From an uncultured Actinomycetes bacterium (GTDB taxonomy: Bacteria; Actinomycetota; Thermoleophilia; UBA2241), in contig CAVYCN010000016.1 of NCBI GenBank assembly GCA_963767005.1, positions 1 to 62,601 on the forward strand: DNA of 62,601 bases. Reading direction: 5' to 3'. A program made the position numbers and the translations under genes. The notes beneath the pieces were generated by a model. That model had not been told where the DNA came from and made no database searches. It worked only from the letters and a program-made list of their open reading frames with translations. This document shows positions 18,269 to 27,457 of this stretch, piece after piece; positions within the stretch are counted from its first letter, which is position 1, and every line of letters begins with the position of its first letter.

Positions 18269-19009
18269 GTGGCACGTCCGCCGATCGAGCGAGCCGTCTC
18301 CGGGCTGCCCCGCGCCGCGCTGTTCAAGCCGGCCGGGATCCCGGCCCGTGAGCTCGAACGGCTGCGCCTCACGGTCGACGAGCTCGAGGCGATCCGCCTG
18401 GTCGACCGCGGGGGCCTGAGCCACGAGCAGGCGGCCGCCGCCATGGGCGTGTCGCGCCAGACGGTGGGGCGCACGCTCGAGCACGGCCGCGCGATCGTCG
18501 CCGAGGCGCTGACCGAGGGCAAGGCCCTCTTCATCGAGGGCGGCGCCTACCGGGTGGCGCCCGGGCGCCCGTGCTGCCGCGAGCGGGCTGCCGATCCAGG
18601 ACAAGCACGACGAGGGAGTGCCAGAGACATGACCGACACAGCACCTGCCACCCGCATCGCCATCCCGTCCGACGCGCCCGGCGGGCTCACCGCGCCGCGC
18701 TCCGGCCACTTCGGCCGGTGCGAGTGCTTCACCATCGTCGACATCGTCGACGGCAAGGTCGCCCAAGTCGAGGTGCTCGACAACGCCCCGCACGTCGAGG
18801 GCGGCTGCATGGCGCCCGTCATGACCCTCGCTCGCCAGCGCGTCGACGCCATCGTCGTCGACGGCATCGGCGGCCGGCCGCTGGCCGGCTTCAACCAGGC
18901 CGGGATCGCCGTGCTCCAAGGCACGGGCGTCGACGCCGGTGGCGCCGTGACCGCCTACCTCGCGGGTGACCTGCCCGTGGTGGGCTTCGAGGGCGCCTGC
19001 CACCACTGA
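18269..19009 (+). CDS. DUF134 HTH protein fused in frame to a NifB/NifX-family domain (internal ATG 18629)
   Basis: FKPAGIP...DELEAIRLVD...MGVSRQT, followed by HFGRC..F...NAPH..GGC...GIGGRP. Confidence 0.85.
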   Translation: MARPPIERAVSGLPRAALFKPAGIPARELERLRLTVDELEAIRLVDRGGLSHEQAAAAMGVSRQTVGRTLEHGRAIVAEALTEGKALFIEGGAYRVAPGRPCCRERAADPGQARRGSARDMTDTAPATRIAIPSDAPGGLTAPRSGHFGRCECFTIVDIVDGKVAQVEVLDNAPHVEGGCMAPVMTLARQRVDAIVVDGIGGRPLAGFNQAGIAVLQGTGVDAGGAVTAYLAGDLPVVGFEGACHH

Positions 19010-19015
19010 CCGCAA

Positions 19016-19059
19016 GCGCGGCCGGCGGGGGCGGCTGACGCCGCCCCCGCCGGCCGCGC
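19016..19059 (+). terminator. Long GC hairpin
   Basis: gcgcggccggcgggggcggc-tgac-gccgcccccgccggccgcgc. Confidence 0.55.
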
Positions 19060-19200
19060 CCCCTGCCGCGCTTTCCCAACTCCCCTCTCCACCCTCGCCC
19101 GCGCATCGGCGTCGCGCGTCGCGGTAGGCTGCGCCCGTAGCGACCGAGTGCTCACGCGAGACGATTGACAGGAGATGCGTTGACACGTATATATGAAAAC

Positions 19201-19614
19201 ATGCAAATACGCGAAGACGTCACTACCTCTATCGCGGCACCCGCGGCGGCCGACCTCCAGCCCGTCTTCCACGCGCACGCCGAGCTCTGCAAGGCGCTCG
19301 CCAACGAGCACCGCCTGGCCATCCTCTACACGCTGAGCCAGGGCGAGCGCTGTGTCGGCGACCTCGCCACCGAGATCGGCATCTCCGTGCACAACGTCTC
19401 GCAGCATCTCCGCCTGCTCAAGGAGCGGCGTCTGGTGCAGTCGCGCAAAGAGGCCCAGACCGTCTACTACTCGATCACCAACCCCAAGTTCATCCAGGGC
19501 TGCACGCTCATCCGTCAGGCCCTGATCGAACAGCACCAGGCCCAGGGGCAGTCACTGCTCGCAGCCGAGCTGCTCGACGCCGTCCAGCGCCTGCCGTTGC
19601 CTATGGCGGAGTAA
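19201..19614 (+). CDS. ArsR/SmtB-family regulator (BigR/SqrR-like)
   Basis: CKALANEHRLAIL...ERCVGDL...NVSQHL...VYY...GC. TTGACA boxes and an AT-rich operator lie at 19165-19210. Confidence 0.85.
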   Translation: MQIREDVTTSIAAPAAADLQPVFHAHAELCKALANEHRLAILYTLSQGERCVGDLATEIGISVHNVSQHLRLLKERRLVQSRKEAQTVYYSITNPKFIQGCTLIRQALIEQHQAQGQSLLAAELLDAVQRLPLPMAE

Positions 19615-19744
19615 CCGGGTCACCCCTCGCCCTCCGGCCCGGAGGGCTCGCACGTCAAGACCAGCCGACCAAGGGGGCAGCAGCCCCACGGCACGCCGCC
19701 CTTGTGAACCAAAGCACAAGGGGCGTCGACAGAAGGAGAGAGCC

Positions 19745-19996
19745 ATGGCGGAAGACTTGAGCACGATCCAGGCGGAGAAGATCGTGGACGCGCGCGGCAC
19801 CTCGTGCCCCGGGCCCATCCTGGCGGCCAAGAAGGGCATCCCCGGCGTGAGTGTGGGTGGTGTCATGGAGGTCCAGGCCACCGACACCGGGACCACGAAA
19901 GACCTGCCGGCCTGGGCCAAGAAGATGGGTCACGAGTTCCTCGGCGTGGTCGAGGAGCCCGGCTACATGCGCCTCTTCGTCAAGAAGATGAAGTGA
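19745..19996 (+). CDS. tusA: TusA-family sulfur carrier
   Basis: VDARGTSCPGP. Confidence 0.9.
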   Translation: MAEDLSTIQAEKIVDARGTSCPGPILAAKKGIPGVSVGGVMEVQATDTGTTKDLPAWAKKMGHEFLGVVEEPGYMRLFVKKMK

Positions 19997-19998
19997 TC

Positions 19999-20436
19999 AT
20001 GGCGGAGGCTCAGGCAGACGAGGGCCAGGCCTACGCGCCGCGCATCCTGGTCTTCAGCACCAACAACATCTCCGATCCCGGCATCGACCTGGCCGGCAGC
20101 TCGCATCTGCACTACTCGCCCCAGGTCACGGTGATCAGCCTGCCCTGCACGAGCGGCATCAAGCCGAGCTGGGTGCTGTACGCCATGGAACAGGGTTTCG
20201 ACGGCGTGTTCGTAGCGGCCGACGGCGACGAGTGCGCGTACCTGCCGGACTGCAGCGAGCGCACGGCCGCCATCATGACGCGGGCGCAGAAGCTCCTCGA
20301 GGAGCACGGCTTCGCGCCGCAGCGCGTGCGCATGGCGGCCATCTGCTCGGTGTGCGCCGAGCCCTTCACCAACTACATGCACGAGTACTCGAGGTCCCTG
20401 GCAACGCTCGGACCCTCCCGGAAGGCGACCGCATGA
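19999..20436 (+). CDS. mvhD: MvhD/FlpD-like iron-sulfur subunit
   Basis: LPCTSGI...GFDGVFV..DG.EC.Y...RVRMAAICSVC. Confidence 0.8.
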   Translation: MAEAQADEGQAYAPRILVFSTNNISDPGIDLAGSSHLHYSPQVTVISLPCTSGIKPSWVLYAMEQGFDGVFVAADGDECAYLPDCSERTAAIMTRAQKLLEEHGFAPQRVRMAAICSVCAEPFTNYMHEYSRSLATLGPSRKATA

Positions 20437-23141
20437 AGTACGACGCTCTCGTGGTGGGCAGCGGCATCGGCGGCATGGAGTCGGCCCTCAAGCTCGGCGA
20501 CATGGGCTACAAGGTGCTCGTGGTCGAGAAGGAACCGAGCGTGGGCGGCAAGATGATCCTGCTCAGCAAGGTCTTCCCCACGCTTGACTGCGCAAGCTGC
20601 ATCTCCACGCCCAAGATGGGCGCCACCATCCACCACCCCAACATCGACGTCCTGACCTACGCCGAGGTCGGCAGCATCCGCGGCGACGGCCAGGGCGGCT
20701 ACCACGCCACGGTCCACCAGAAGCCGAAGTACGTCGACGAAGCCGCCTGCACGGGCTGCCGTCAGTGCGAGATGGCCTGCAACGTGGCGGTCCCGGACGA
20801 GTTCAACGCCGACATGGTGTCGCGGCGGGCGGCCTTCATCGCCTTCCCGCAGGCGGTGCCCAAGAAGGCCGTCATCAGCCGCGAGGGCGTGTCGCCCTGC
20901 AGCTACGAGTGCCCGGCCGGCATCAAGGCGCACGGCTACGTGGCGCGCGTGCGCAGCGGCCAGTACGACGAGGCCTTCGACCTCGTGCTCGAGACGACGC
21001 CGCTCGTCGGCAGCCTGGGCCGCGCCTGCTACGCGCCCTGCGAGGAGCAGTGCACGCGCGGCGAGCTCGAAGGCCCCCTGCCCATCCGCCGGCTCAAGCG
21101 CTTCATCGCCGACCGGCGCTACGGCGGCCGGGGCGGCGACGCACGCCCGACGCCCGAGCGGCCCGAGCCGAACGGCCACCGGGTGGCCGTCGTGGGATCG
21201 GGCCCGGCCGGCCTCACCGCGGCCTGGCAGCTCGCCCGTCAGGGCTACGCCGTGAAGGTCTTCGAGGCGGCGCCGCAGCCGGGCGGCATGCTGCGCCTCG
21301 GCATCCCCGCCTACCGCCTGCCGGGCGACGTCGTCGACGACGACGTCGCCAACGTCACGGCGATCGGCGTCGAGATCGAGACCGGCGCGCGCGTCGACGA
21401 TCCGCTCGCCCTCAAGGACCGCGGCTTCGACGCCGTGCTCGTGGCGACCGGCACGCACCGGGCCGTGCAGCTGCGCGTGTCCGGCGAGGAGCTCGAGGGC
21501 GTGCAGAGCGCGCTCGCGTTCCTGGCCGACGTCAAGCTCGGCAAGCCCGTCGACGTGGCGGGCCGCAAGGTCCTCGTGGTCGGCGGCGGCAACGTGGCGA
21601 TCGACGCCGCCCGCACCGCCCGCCGTCTGGGCGCCGCCTCGGTCGACCAGGCCAGCCTCGAGTGCTGTGAAGAGATGCCGGCCCACGACTTCGAGGTCGA
21701 GGAGGCGCGCGCCGAGGGGATCACGCTGCACGACGGCTGGGGCATCGACCGCTTCATCGGCGACGGCCGCGTACAGGGCGCCGAGCTCAAGGTCTGCACC
21801 TGCGTGTTCGACCCCGAGGGGCGCTTCCACCCCGAGTACGACGAGGCGCAGCGCAAGAGCCTGGCTTGCGACCTCGTGATCGTGGCCGCCGGCATGATGG
21901 CCGACACCGACTCGTTCGGCCTCGATGCCAACGGCAACCGCACGCTGAAGGCCGACCCCGGCACGCTGCAGACGGCGGTGCCGCACGTCTTCGCCGCCGG
22001 CGACGTCGTGACGGGACCGACGATGATCACGACAGCCGTCGGCCAGGGCCGCCGCGCGGCCTTCATGATCGACCGCTACGTGCGCGGTGAGGCCCTCGAT
22101 GCCGCGGCGTTCGACGGGCCGCTCGCCGCGGTCGACAAGGAGGCCGTGCTCGCCCGGCAGGACGTCTACGACCGGCGCGAGCCGCTCGAGTCGCACGTCG
22201 CGATGAGCGCGGCGCCCGACGACTTCGCCGAGACCGAGAGCCCGCTCACCGAGGACGAAGCCTTCCTGGCCGCCGCGCGCTGTCTCGACTGCGGCGTGTG
22301 CTCGGAGTGCCACGCCTGCGTCGACGCCTGCCCGGCGGACGCCATCAAGCTCGACATGCGCGGCGAGGACATCGAGGTCGACGTCGGCGCGGTCGTCCTG
22401 GCGACCGGCTTCAAGCTCTTCCCTGCCGACGCCAAGCCGCAGTACGGCTACGGCCGTTTCAAGAACGTGATCACCGGCATGCAGATGGACCGCCTGCTCG
22501 CGCCCACGCGCCCCTACAACGCGGTGCTGCGCCCGGGCGACGGCAAGGTGCCCGACAACATCGCCTACATCATGTGCACCGGCTCGCGCGACGAGACGGT
22601 CGACAACCCGCTCTGCTCCAAGATCTGCTGCATGTACTCGGTCAAGCAGAACCAGCTCATCATGGGCGCCCTGCCGCTCGCCGACGTGACCGTCTACTAC
22701 ATCGACGTGCGCTCGGTCGGCAAGGGCTACGACGAGTTCTACCGGCAGGCCAGGGACATGGGCGCCAACTTCGTCAAGGGCCGCGTCTCGGGGGTCACCG
22801 AGACCGACGAGGGCAACCTCGTGCTGCGCTACGAGGACATCGAGAACGGCGGCGCGCTCACCGAGGCCGAGCACGACATGGTCGTGCTTGCCGTCGGCGT
22901 GCAGCCCAACCGCGAGGTCGCCGGCCTGTTCGAGGACGGCGCGCTCGGCCTCGACGACCACTTCTACGTCGGCGAGGCCGACGAGGACATCGACCCCGGC
23001 CGCACCAACCTGCCGGGCGTCTTCGTCGCCGGGTCGGCGGCGGGGGCCAAGGACATCCCCGACTCCATCCTCCACGCGGGCGCCGCGGTCGCCCAGGCCG
23101 CCGCCCATCTGGAGCGCGCGAAAGTGAAGGTGCACGCATGA
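20433..23141 (+). CDS. hdrA: HdrA-like flavoprotein with an inserted GltD-type NAD(P)H module (HdrL-like)
   Basis: GSGIGG, KVFPTLDCASC, CTGCRQC. Insert with CSYECP, GRACYAPCEEQC, GSGPAG and GGGNVA. CTGSR...CSKICC. Confidence 0.85.
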   Translation: MKYDALVVGSGIGGMESALKLGDMGYKVLVVEKEPSVGGKMILLSKVFPTLDCASCISTPKMGATIHHPNIDVLTYAEVGSIRGDGQGGYHATVHQKPKYVDEAACTGCRQCEMACNVAVPDEFNADMVSRRAAFIAFPQAVPKKAVISREGVSPCSYECPAGIKAHGYVARVRSGQYDEAFDLVLETTPLVGSLGRACYAPCEEQCTRGELEGPLPIRRLKRFIADRRYGGRGGDARPTPERPEPNGHRVAVVGSGPAGLTAAWQLARQGYAVKVFEAAPQPGGMLRLGIPAYRLPGDVVDDDVANVTAIGVEIETGARVDDPLALKDRGFDAVLVATGTHRAVQLRVSGEELEGVQSALAFLADVKLGKPVDVAGRKVLVVGGGNVAIDAARTARRLGAASVDQASLECCEEMPAHDFEVEEARAEGITLHDGWGIDRFIGDGRVQGAELKVCTCVFDPEGRFHPEYDEAQRKSLACDLVIVAAGMMADTDSFGLDANGNRTLKADPGTLQTAVPHVFAAGDVVTGPTMITTAVGQGRRAAFMIDRYVRGEALDAAAFDGPLAAVDKEAVLARQDVYDRREPLESHVAMSAAPDDFAETESPLTEDEAFLAAARCLDCGVCSECHACVDACPADAIKLDMRGEDIEVDVGAVVLATGFKLFPADAKPQYGYGRFKNVITGMQMDRLLAPTRPYNAVLRPGDGKVPDNIAYIMCTGSRDETVDNPLCSKICCMYSVKQNQLIMGALPLADVTVYYIDVRSVGKGYDEFYRQARDMGANFVKGRVSGVTETDEGNLVLRYEDIENGGALTEAEHDMVVLAVGVQPNREVAGLFEDGALGLDDHFYVGEADEDIDPGRTNLPGVFVAGSAAGAKDIPDSILHAGAAVAQAAAHLERAKVKVHA

Positions 23142-24877
23142 GCGGCCGCAGGATCGGTGTCTACGTCTGCCAGTGCGGCGGCAACATCGGCGACTACGTC
23201 GACGTCGACAAGGTCGTCGCCGCGGTGGAGCACGACCCCGACGTCGAGGTCGCTCGCAGCGCGATGTTCACCTGCTCCGACGCGACGCAGCAGGAGATCG
23301 TGCAGGACGCCCACGAGAAAGGCCTCGACGCGCTCGTCGTGGCCTCGTGCTCGCCCAAGCTCCACACGATGACGTTCCGCGACGTCGCCAGACGAGCGGG
23401 CCTGAACCCGTTCCAGTACACCCAGGTGAACATCCGCGAGCAGTGCTCGTGGACGCACACCGACGACCACGAGGGGGCGACCGAGAAGGCGCTGCGCCTC
23501 GTGCGCGCCGGCATCAACCGCACCCGGCTCACCGAACCGCTCGAGCCCATCGTCGTCGAGACCACGCCCAGGAGCCTGGTAGTGGGCGGCGGCATCGCCG
23601 GCCTGCGGGCCGCGCTCGGCCTGGCCGAGATCGGGCTCGCCGTGTTCCTCGTCGAGAAGGAGGATCGGCTCGGCGGCTGGGTGGCCGGTTTCGGCACCAT
23701 GTACCCCAACGGCCGCAACGGCGCCGAGATGATCGCGCGACTCGAAGCGGCGGTGCGCGCCCACCCGGCGATCACCGTCTTCACGAACGCCGAGCTCGTC
23801 GCCAAGGGCGGCAGCTTCGGCAACTACGAGGTGACGGTGGCGCTGCAGGGCGAGCGCCTCGAGACCGTGCGGCTCGAGGTCGGCTCGGTCATCGTGGCCA
23901 CCGGCTTCGAAGCCTACCAGCCGGCCCCGGGCGAGCTCGGCTACGGTCACGACGGCGTGGTCACCCTGCCCGAGCTCAAGCGCCTGCTCGACGCGTCGGA
24001 CGGCCCGCTCATGCGGGACGGCCGTCTGGTGCAGACGGTCGCCTACATCTACTGCGTGGGCAGCCGCCAGGACGAGGGCGCCGAGGACGCCCACACCTAC
24101 TGCTCGCGCTACTGCTGCACGGCTGCCGTCCACGCCGCGCTCGAGGCGGCCCGCAGGGGCGACCCGGCCCTGCGCCAGTACCACCTTTACCGCGACATGC
24201 GCACCTACGGCAAGTACGAGCTCCTCTGGGGCGAGTCGCGCGAGCAGGGCTCGCTCTATCTGCGCGTGCCCGACGACGAGCCGCCCACCGTCGAGGAGCT
24301 CCCCGGCGGCGGTCTCAAGGTCACGGCCCGCGACCTGCTGACCGGCGGCGCCGAGGTGGCGATACCGGCCGACCTCGTCGTGCTGGTCACCGGCATGGTG
24401 CCGCGCGACAACGACGGCCTGGTGAGCACCCTCAAGCTGCCGGTGGGTCGCGACGGCTTCTTCAACGAGATCCACCCCAAGCTGCGCCCCGTGGAGACGG
24501 TGGTCGACGGCGTGTCCATCTGCGGCGCCTGCCAGTCTCCGAAGAACTCGTCCGAGGCCGTCGCCAGCGGCCTTGCGGCCGTCACGCACAGCGGCGCCAT
24601 GCTCAAGCGCGGCTTCGCCGAGCTCGACCCGATGGTCGCGACGGTCGCGGCCGACGCCTGCACCTGGTGCGGCGCCTGCCGCGAAGCCTGCCCCTACGAC
24701 GCAGTCGCCCAGGTCGAGGCCGGCGACAGGACCGTGGCCGAGGTCGTCAAGACCGCCTGCAAGGGCTGCGGTGGCTGCGTGCCGGTCTGCCCGAGCGACG
24801 CGATCGACCTGCAGGGCTACACCGACGCGCAGGTCAGAGCGATGATCGACGGCTTGCTGGGGGTGAGCTGCGCATGA
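23138..24877 (+). CDS. hdrA: HdrA-like flavoprotein (N-terminal domain, FAD domain, C-terminal ferredoxin)
   Basis: VYVCQCGGNI, CSPKLH, NIREQCSW, GGGIAG, CVGSR..CSRYCC, E.HPKLRPVET and two CxxCxxC motifs. Confidence 0.9.
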   Translation: MSGRRIGVYVCQCGGNIGDYVDVDKVVAAVEHDPDVEVARSAMFTCSDATQQEIVQDAHEKGLDALVVASCSPKLHTMTFRDVARRAGLNPFQYTQVNIREQCSWTHTDDHEGATEKALRLVRAGINRTRLTEPLEPIVVETTPRSLVVGGGIAGLRAALGLAEIGLAVFLVEKEDRLGGWVAGFGTMYPNGRNGAEMIARLEAAVRAHPAITVFTNAELVAKGGSFGNYEVTVALQGERLETVRLEVGSVIVATGFEAYQPAPGELGYGHDGVVTLPELKRLLDASDGPLMRDGRLVQTVAYIYCVGSRQDEGAEDAHTYCSRYCCTAAVHAALEAARRGDPALRQYHLYRDMRTYGKYELLWGESREQGSLYLRVPDDEPPTVEELPGGGLKVTARDLLTGGAEVAIPADLVVLVTGMVPRDNDGLVSTLKLPVGRDGFFNEIHPKLRPVETVVDGVSICGACQSPKNSSEAVASGLAAVTHSGAMLKRGFAELDPMVATVAADACTWCGACREACPYDAVAQVEAGDRTVAEVVKTACKGCGGCVPVCPSDAIDLQGYTDAQVRAMIDGLLGVSCA

Positions 24878-25167
24878 CGACGACGAACGGCAACGGCCAC
24901 CACACCGCCGTGAGAACGGCGGCACCCGGCCAGCGCGACCCGCGCGAGATCGTGCGCGACGAGCAGGTCATGCGGCGCCGTATCCTGGCCGCCCTGGCCG
25001 CCGGCCCGCTCACCGTGCCCGAGATCGCCGCGGCACTCGAGTGCCCGGCGCACGAGGCCATGGTCTGGGTCATGGGGCTGCGCAAGTACGGCTGGGTGGC
25101 CGAGATCAAAGAGGTCACCGACGACGGCTACTTCCGCTATCGGGTGGCCGAGAGGGAGGGCTCATGA
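24874..25167 (+). CDS. Small winged-HTH protein
   Basis: ILAAL..GPLTVPEIA..L......W.MGLRKYG. ATGA coupling on both sides. Confidence 0.75.
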   Translation: MTTTNGNGHHTAVRTAAPGQRDPREIVRDEQVMRRRILAALAAGPLTVPEIAAALECPAHEAMVWVMGLRKYGWVAEIKEVTDDGYFRYRVAEREGS

Positions 25168-25469
25168 CGACGATCGTGAACCCCGGCCTCGCGTCGGAGC
25201 TCGCGCGCTCCGACGACTTCAACGCCGACGCCTGCATGAACTGCGGCGTGTGCTCGGCCATCTGCCCCATGGAGCTCGAGGTGCAGCCGCGTGTGCTGTT
25301 CCGCTACGTCCTGCTCGGCATGGAGGACCAGGTGAGAGCCGAGACCGAGCACGTCTTCTCGTGCCTGCTCTGCAAGCTCTGCGAGGAGAACTGCCCTTGG
25401 GGCGTGCGCATCGCCGACAACGTGCGCACGCTGCGTCACCACATCAACCGCACCGTCCACGGTCTCTAG
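25164..25469 (+). CDS. hdrC: HdrC-like 2x[4Fe-4S] protein
   Basis: CMNCGVCSAICP and CLLCKLCEENCP. Confidence 0.85.
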   Translation: MTTIVNPGLASELARSDDFNADACMNCGVCSAICPMELEVQPRVLFRYVLLGMEDQVRAETEHVFSCLLCKLCEENCPWGVRIADNVRTLRHHINRTVHGL

Positions 25470-25475
25470 GAGGAG

Positions 25476-26453
25476 ATGGCCATGCCCCTACCGACCGGCG
25501 ACGTCATCGGCATCCTGGGCGACAACCTGCGCATCCGCGGGTCGGTCCTGCCGCTCTCGAGGAGAGTGGCGACGAAGTGGACCGAGGGCCTCGACCTGCC
25601 GCGTGGCGGCGAGACCGTCCTGTACACCGGGATGATGTACCAGCTCATCCCGTACATCGAAGGCCTCGTGAAGGCCGAGCAGCGCCTCGGCGACTCGTCA
25701 CTCGCGAAGTGGACCGGGCTGGGCCGCGCGGTCAACCGCGTGATCAACCTGTCGGCGTTCATGGCGCGGCCCTCGGCCGCCGAGCGCGCCCTGTTCGATC
25801 GGGTGCCGATCAACGTCGTCCATCTGCTGCGGGCGGCCGGGGTCGAGTTTGGCGCCCTCTACGAGGATGACCTCTACTCCGGCGCTCTGGCCTACGACTT
25901 GGGCCTGGACGAGGTCTTCGCCGAGCACGCCCGGCGCGTGGCGGCGACGCTGCGTCGGCGTGGTGTGCGGCGGGTCATCACGATCGACCCGCACACCACG
26001 AACATGCTGCGCAGCGTCTACCCCAAGGTCCTCGACGGCTTCGAGGTCGAGGTGCGCAGCTACCTCGAGGTGCTCTGCGACCGGGGTCTCAAGTCGAACG
26101 GCCACGGCGGCGGGCGCCTGTCGGGCGACGTGGCCGTGCACGACTCGTGCGTCTTTGCCCGCTACGAGGGGCTCGTCGACCAGCCGCGTGAGCTGCTGGC
26201 CGCCACCGGCCTCACGCTCCACGAGCCCGAGCACGCCGGTCGCCAGACCTGGTGCTGCGGCGGCCCCGTCGAGTCGCTCTATCCGGCCAAGGCGGCCGCC
26301 AACGCGGCCCGTCGCGCCGGCGAGCTCAGTGCCGCCGCGAGCGAGGTCGTCACGATGTGCCCCATGTGCTACGTCAACTTGAGCGGAGCCGCCGGCGGCA
26401 CCGTGCGCTTCACCGACATCTCCGAGTATCTACGCAACGCCTGCGCATCCTGA
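25476..26453 (+). CDS. CCG-domain protein (HdrB/HdrD/GlpC-like)
   Basis: HDSC...WCCGG...CPMC in the C-terminal domain. The N-terminal CCG domain is degenerate (YSG, DPHT). Confidence 0.8.
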   Translation: MAMPLPTGDVIGILGDNLRIRGSVLPLSRRVATKWTEGLDLPRGGETVLYTGMMYQLIPYIEGLVKAEQRLGDSSLAKWTGLGRAVNRVINLSAFMARPSAAERALFDRVPINVVHLLRAAGVEFGALYEDDLYSGALAYDLGLDEVFAEHARRVAATLRRRGVRRVITIDPHTTNMLRSVYPKVLDGFEVEVRSYLEVLCDRGLKSNGHGGGRLSGDVAVHDSCVFARYEGLVDQPRELLAATGLTLHEPEHAGRQTWCCGGPVESLYPAKAAANAARRAGELSAAASEVVTMCPMCYVNLSGAAGGTVRFTDISEYLRNACAS

Positions 26454-26468
26454 AAGGAGCCTGGGACC

Positions 26469-26999
26469 ATGGAGGAGCAGACTCAGACCGTGCCCGCGGC
26501 TACCGACGAGGGCCACGTCGCCACGAGCAAGAAGACGATCATCGTCTTCAGCGGCGACTTCGACAAGATGATGGCTGCCTTCATCATCGCCAACGGCGCC
26601 GCCGCGATGGGCGACGACGTCACCATGTTCTTCACCTTCTGGGGCCTGAACGCCCTGCGCCGCCCCGAGAAGGTGTCGGTGAAGAAGCCCAAGAGCACGC
26701 TGCAGGCCATGTTCGGCCGCATGATGCCGCGCGGGCCGAACAAGCTCGGCCTATCGAAGATGAACTTCGCCGGCGTGGGCGCGCCCCTCATGAAGAAGGT
26801 CATGAAGGACAACCACGTGATGACCCTCGACGAGCTCATCGCCACGGCCAGGGAGCAGGAGATCAAGCTGGTCGCCTGCACGATGTCGATGGACGTCATG
26901 GGGCTGCGCGAAGAGGAGCTCATCGACGGCCTCGAGTTCGCCGGTGTCGGCTCATATCTGGCCGAAGCCGACGAGGCCAACGTCAATCTCTTCATCTGA
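26469..26999 (+). CDS. DsrE/DsrF/DrsH-like sulfurtransferase (DrsE_2/YrkE type)
   Basis: FSGDFDK, MFFTFWGL, ACTMSMD. Confidence 0.9.
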   Translation: MEEQTQTVPAATDEGHVATSKKTIIVFSGDFDKMMAAFIIANGAAAMGDDVTMFFTFWGLNALRRPEKVSVKKPKSTLQAMFGRMMPRGPNKLGLSKMNFAGVGAPLMKKVMKDNHVMTLDELIATAREQEIKLVACTMSMDVMGLREEELIDGLEFAGVGSYLAEADEANVNLFI

Positions 27000-27015
27000 G
27001 CGGAGCGGAGGAACC

Positions 27016-27426
27016 ATGGGCAAGCTGGTCATCGGTCTCGCGAGCGGCAGCCTCGAGCGGCTCCTCGTGACGAGCACGGTCACGGGCGGCGCGGTCGCCC
27101 TCGATATGGACGTCGACATCTATCTGCTGCTGGGCGGCGCCTACGCCTTTCGCAAGGACGTCGCCGGCAAGGGCGGCTACACCGACCGCCCCGAGCTCGC
27201 CGACGAGCTGGCGACCGGCATGGCCGCAAGCGCGGTGCCGGCGCCCCTCGACAACCTGCGCAAGCTCAAGGCCGACGGCAACGTGCACGTCCACTGCTGC
27301 GGCACGGCCGGCAAGATCTGGGGCGCCGGTGCGCTCGACGATTTCGTCGACGTGGTCGACGACATCGTCGGCATCGCCGAGTACATCACGAGCTGCGAGG
27401 CCGCCGACGTCGTCCAGGTGCTCTGA
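27016..27426 (+). CDS. Second DsrE-like protein
   Basis: SGSLERL...VDIYL...VHVHCCG...DDIVGI pattern. Confidence 0.75.
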   Translation: MGKLVIGLASGSLERLLVTSTVTGGAVALDMDVDIYLLLGGAYAFRKDVAGKGGYTDRPELADELATGMAASAVPAPLDNLRKLKADGNVHVHCCGTAGKIWGAGALDDFVDVVDDIVGIAEYITSCEAADVVQVL

Positions 27427-27457
27427 GCCCGCGGCTCGAACTACCGCCACGACGCTC

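Noticed and set aside
18629-19009. Nitrogen fixation gene
   Set aside because: NifB/NifX-family domains are common outside diazotrophs, and no nifHDK is present in the window.
20373-24925. Long antisense ORFs here and at 11950-14319, 44200-49402 and 56502-62315
   Set aside because: Shadow frames of high-GC coding genes with no recognisable motifs.
20433-26453. Methanogenesis or canonical sHdr/Qmo pathway
   Set aside because: No mcr, apr/dsr or lipoate-binding protein genes in the window, and the subunit set differs.
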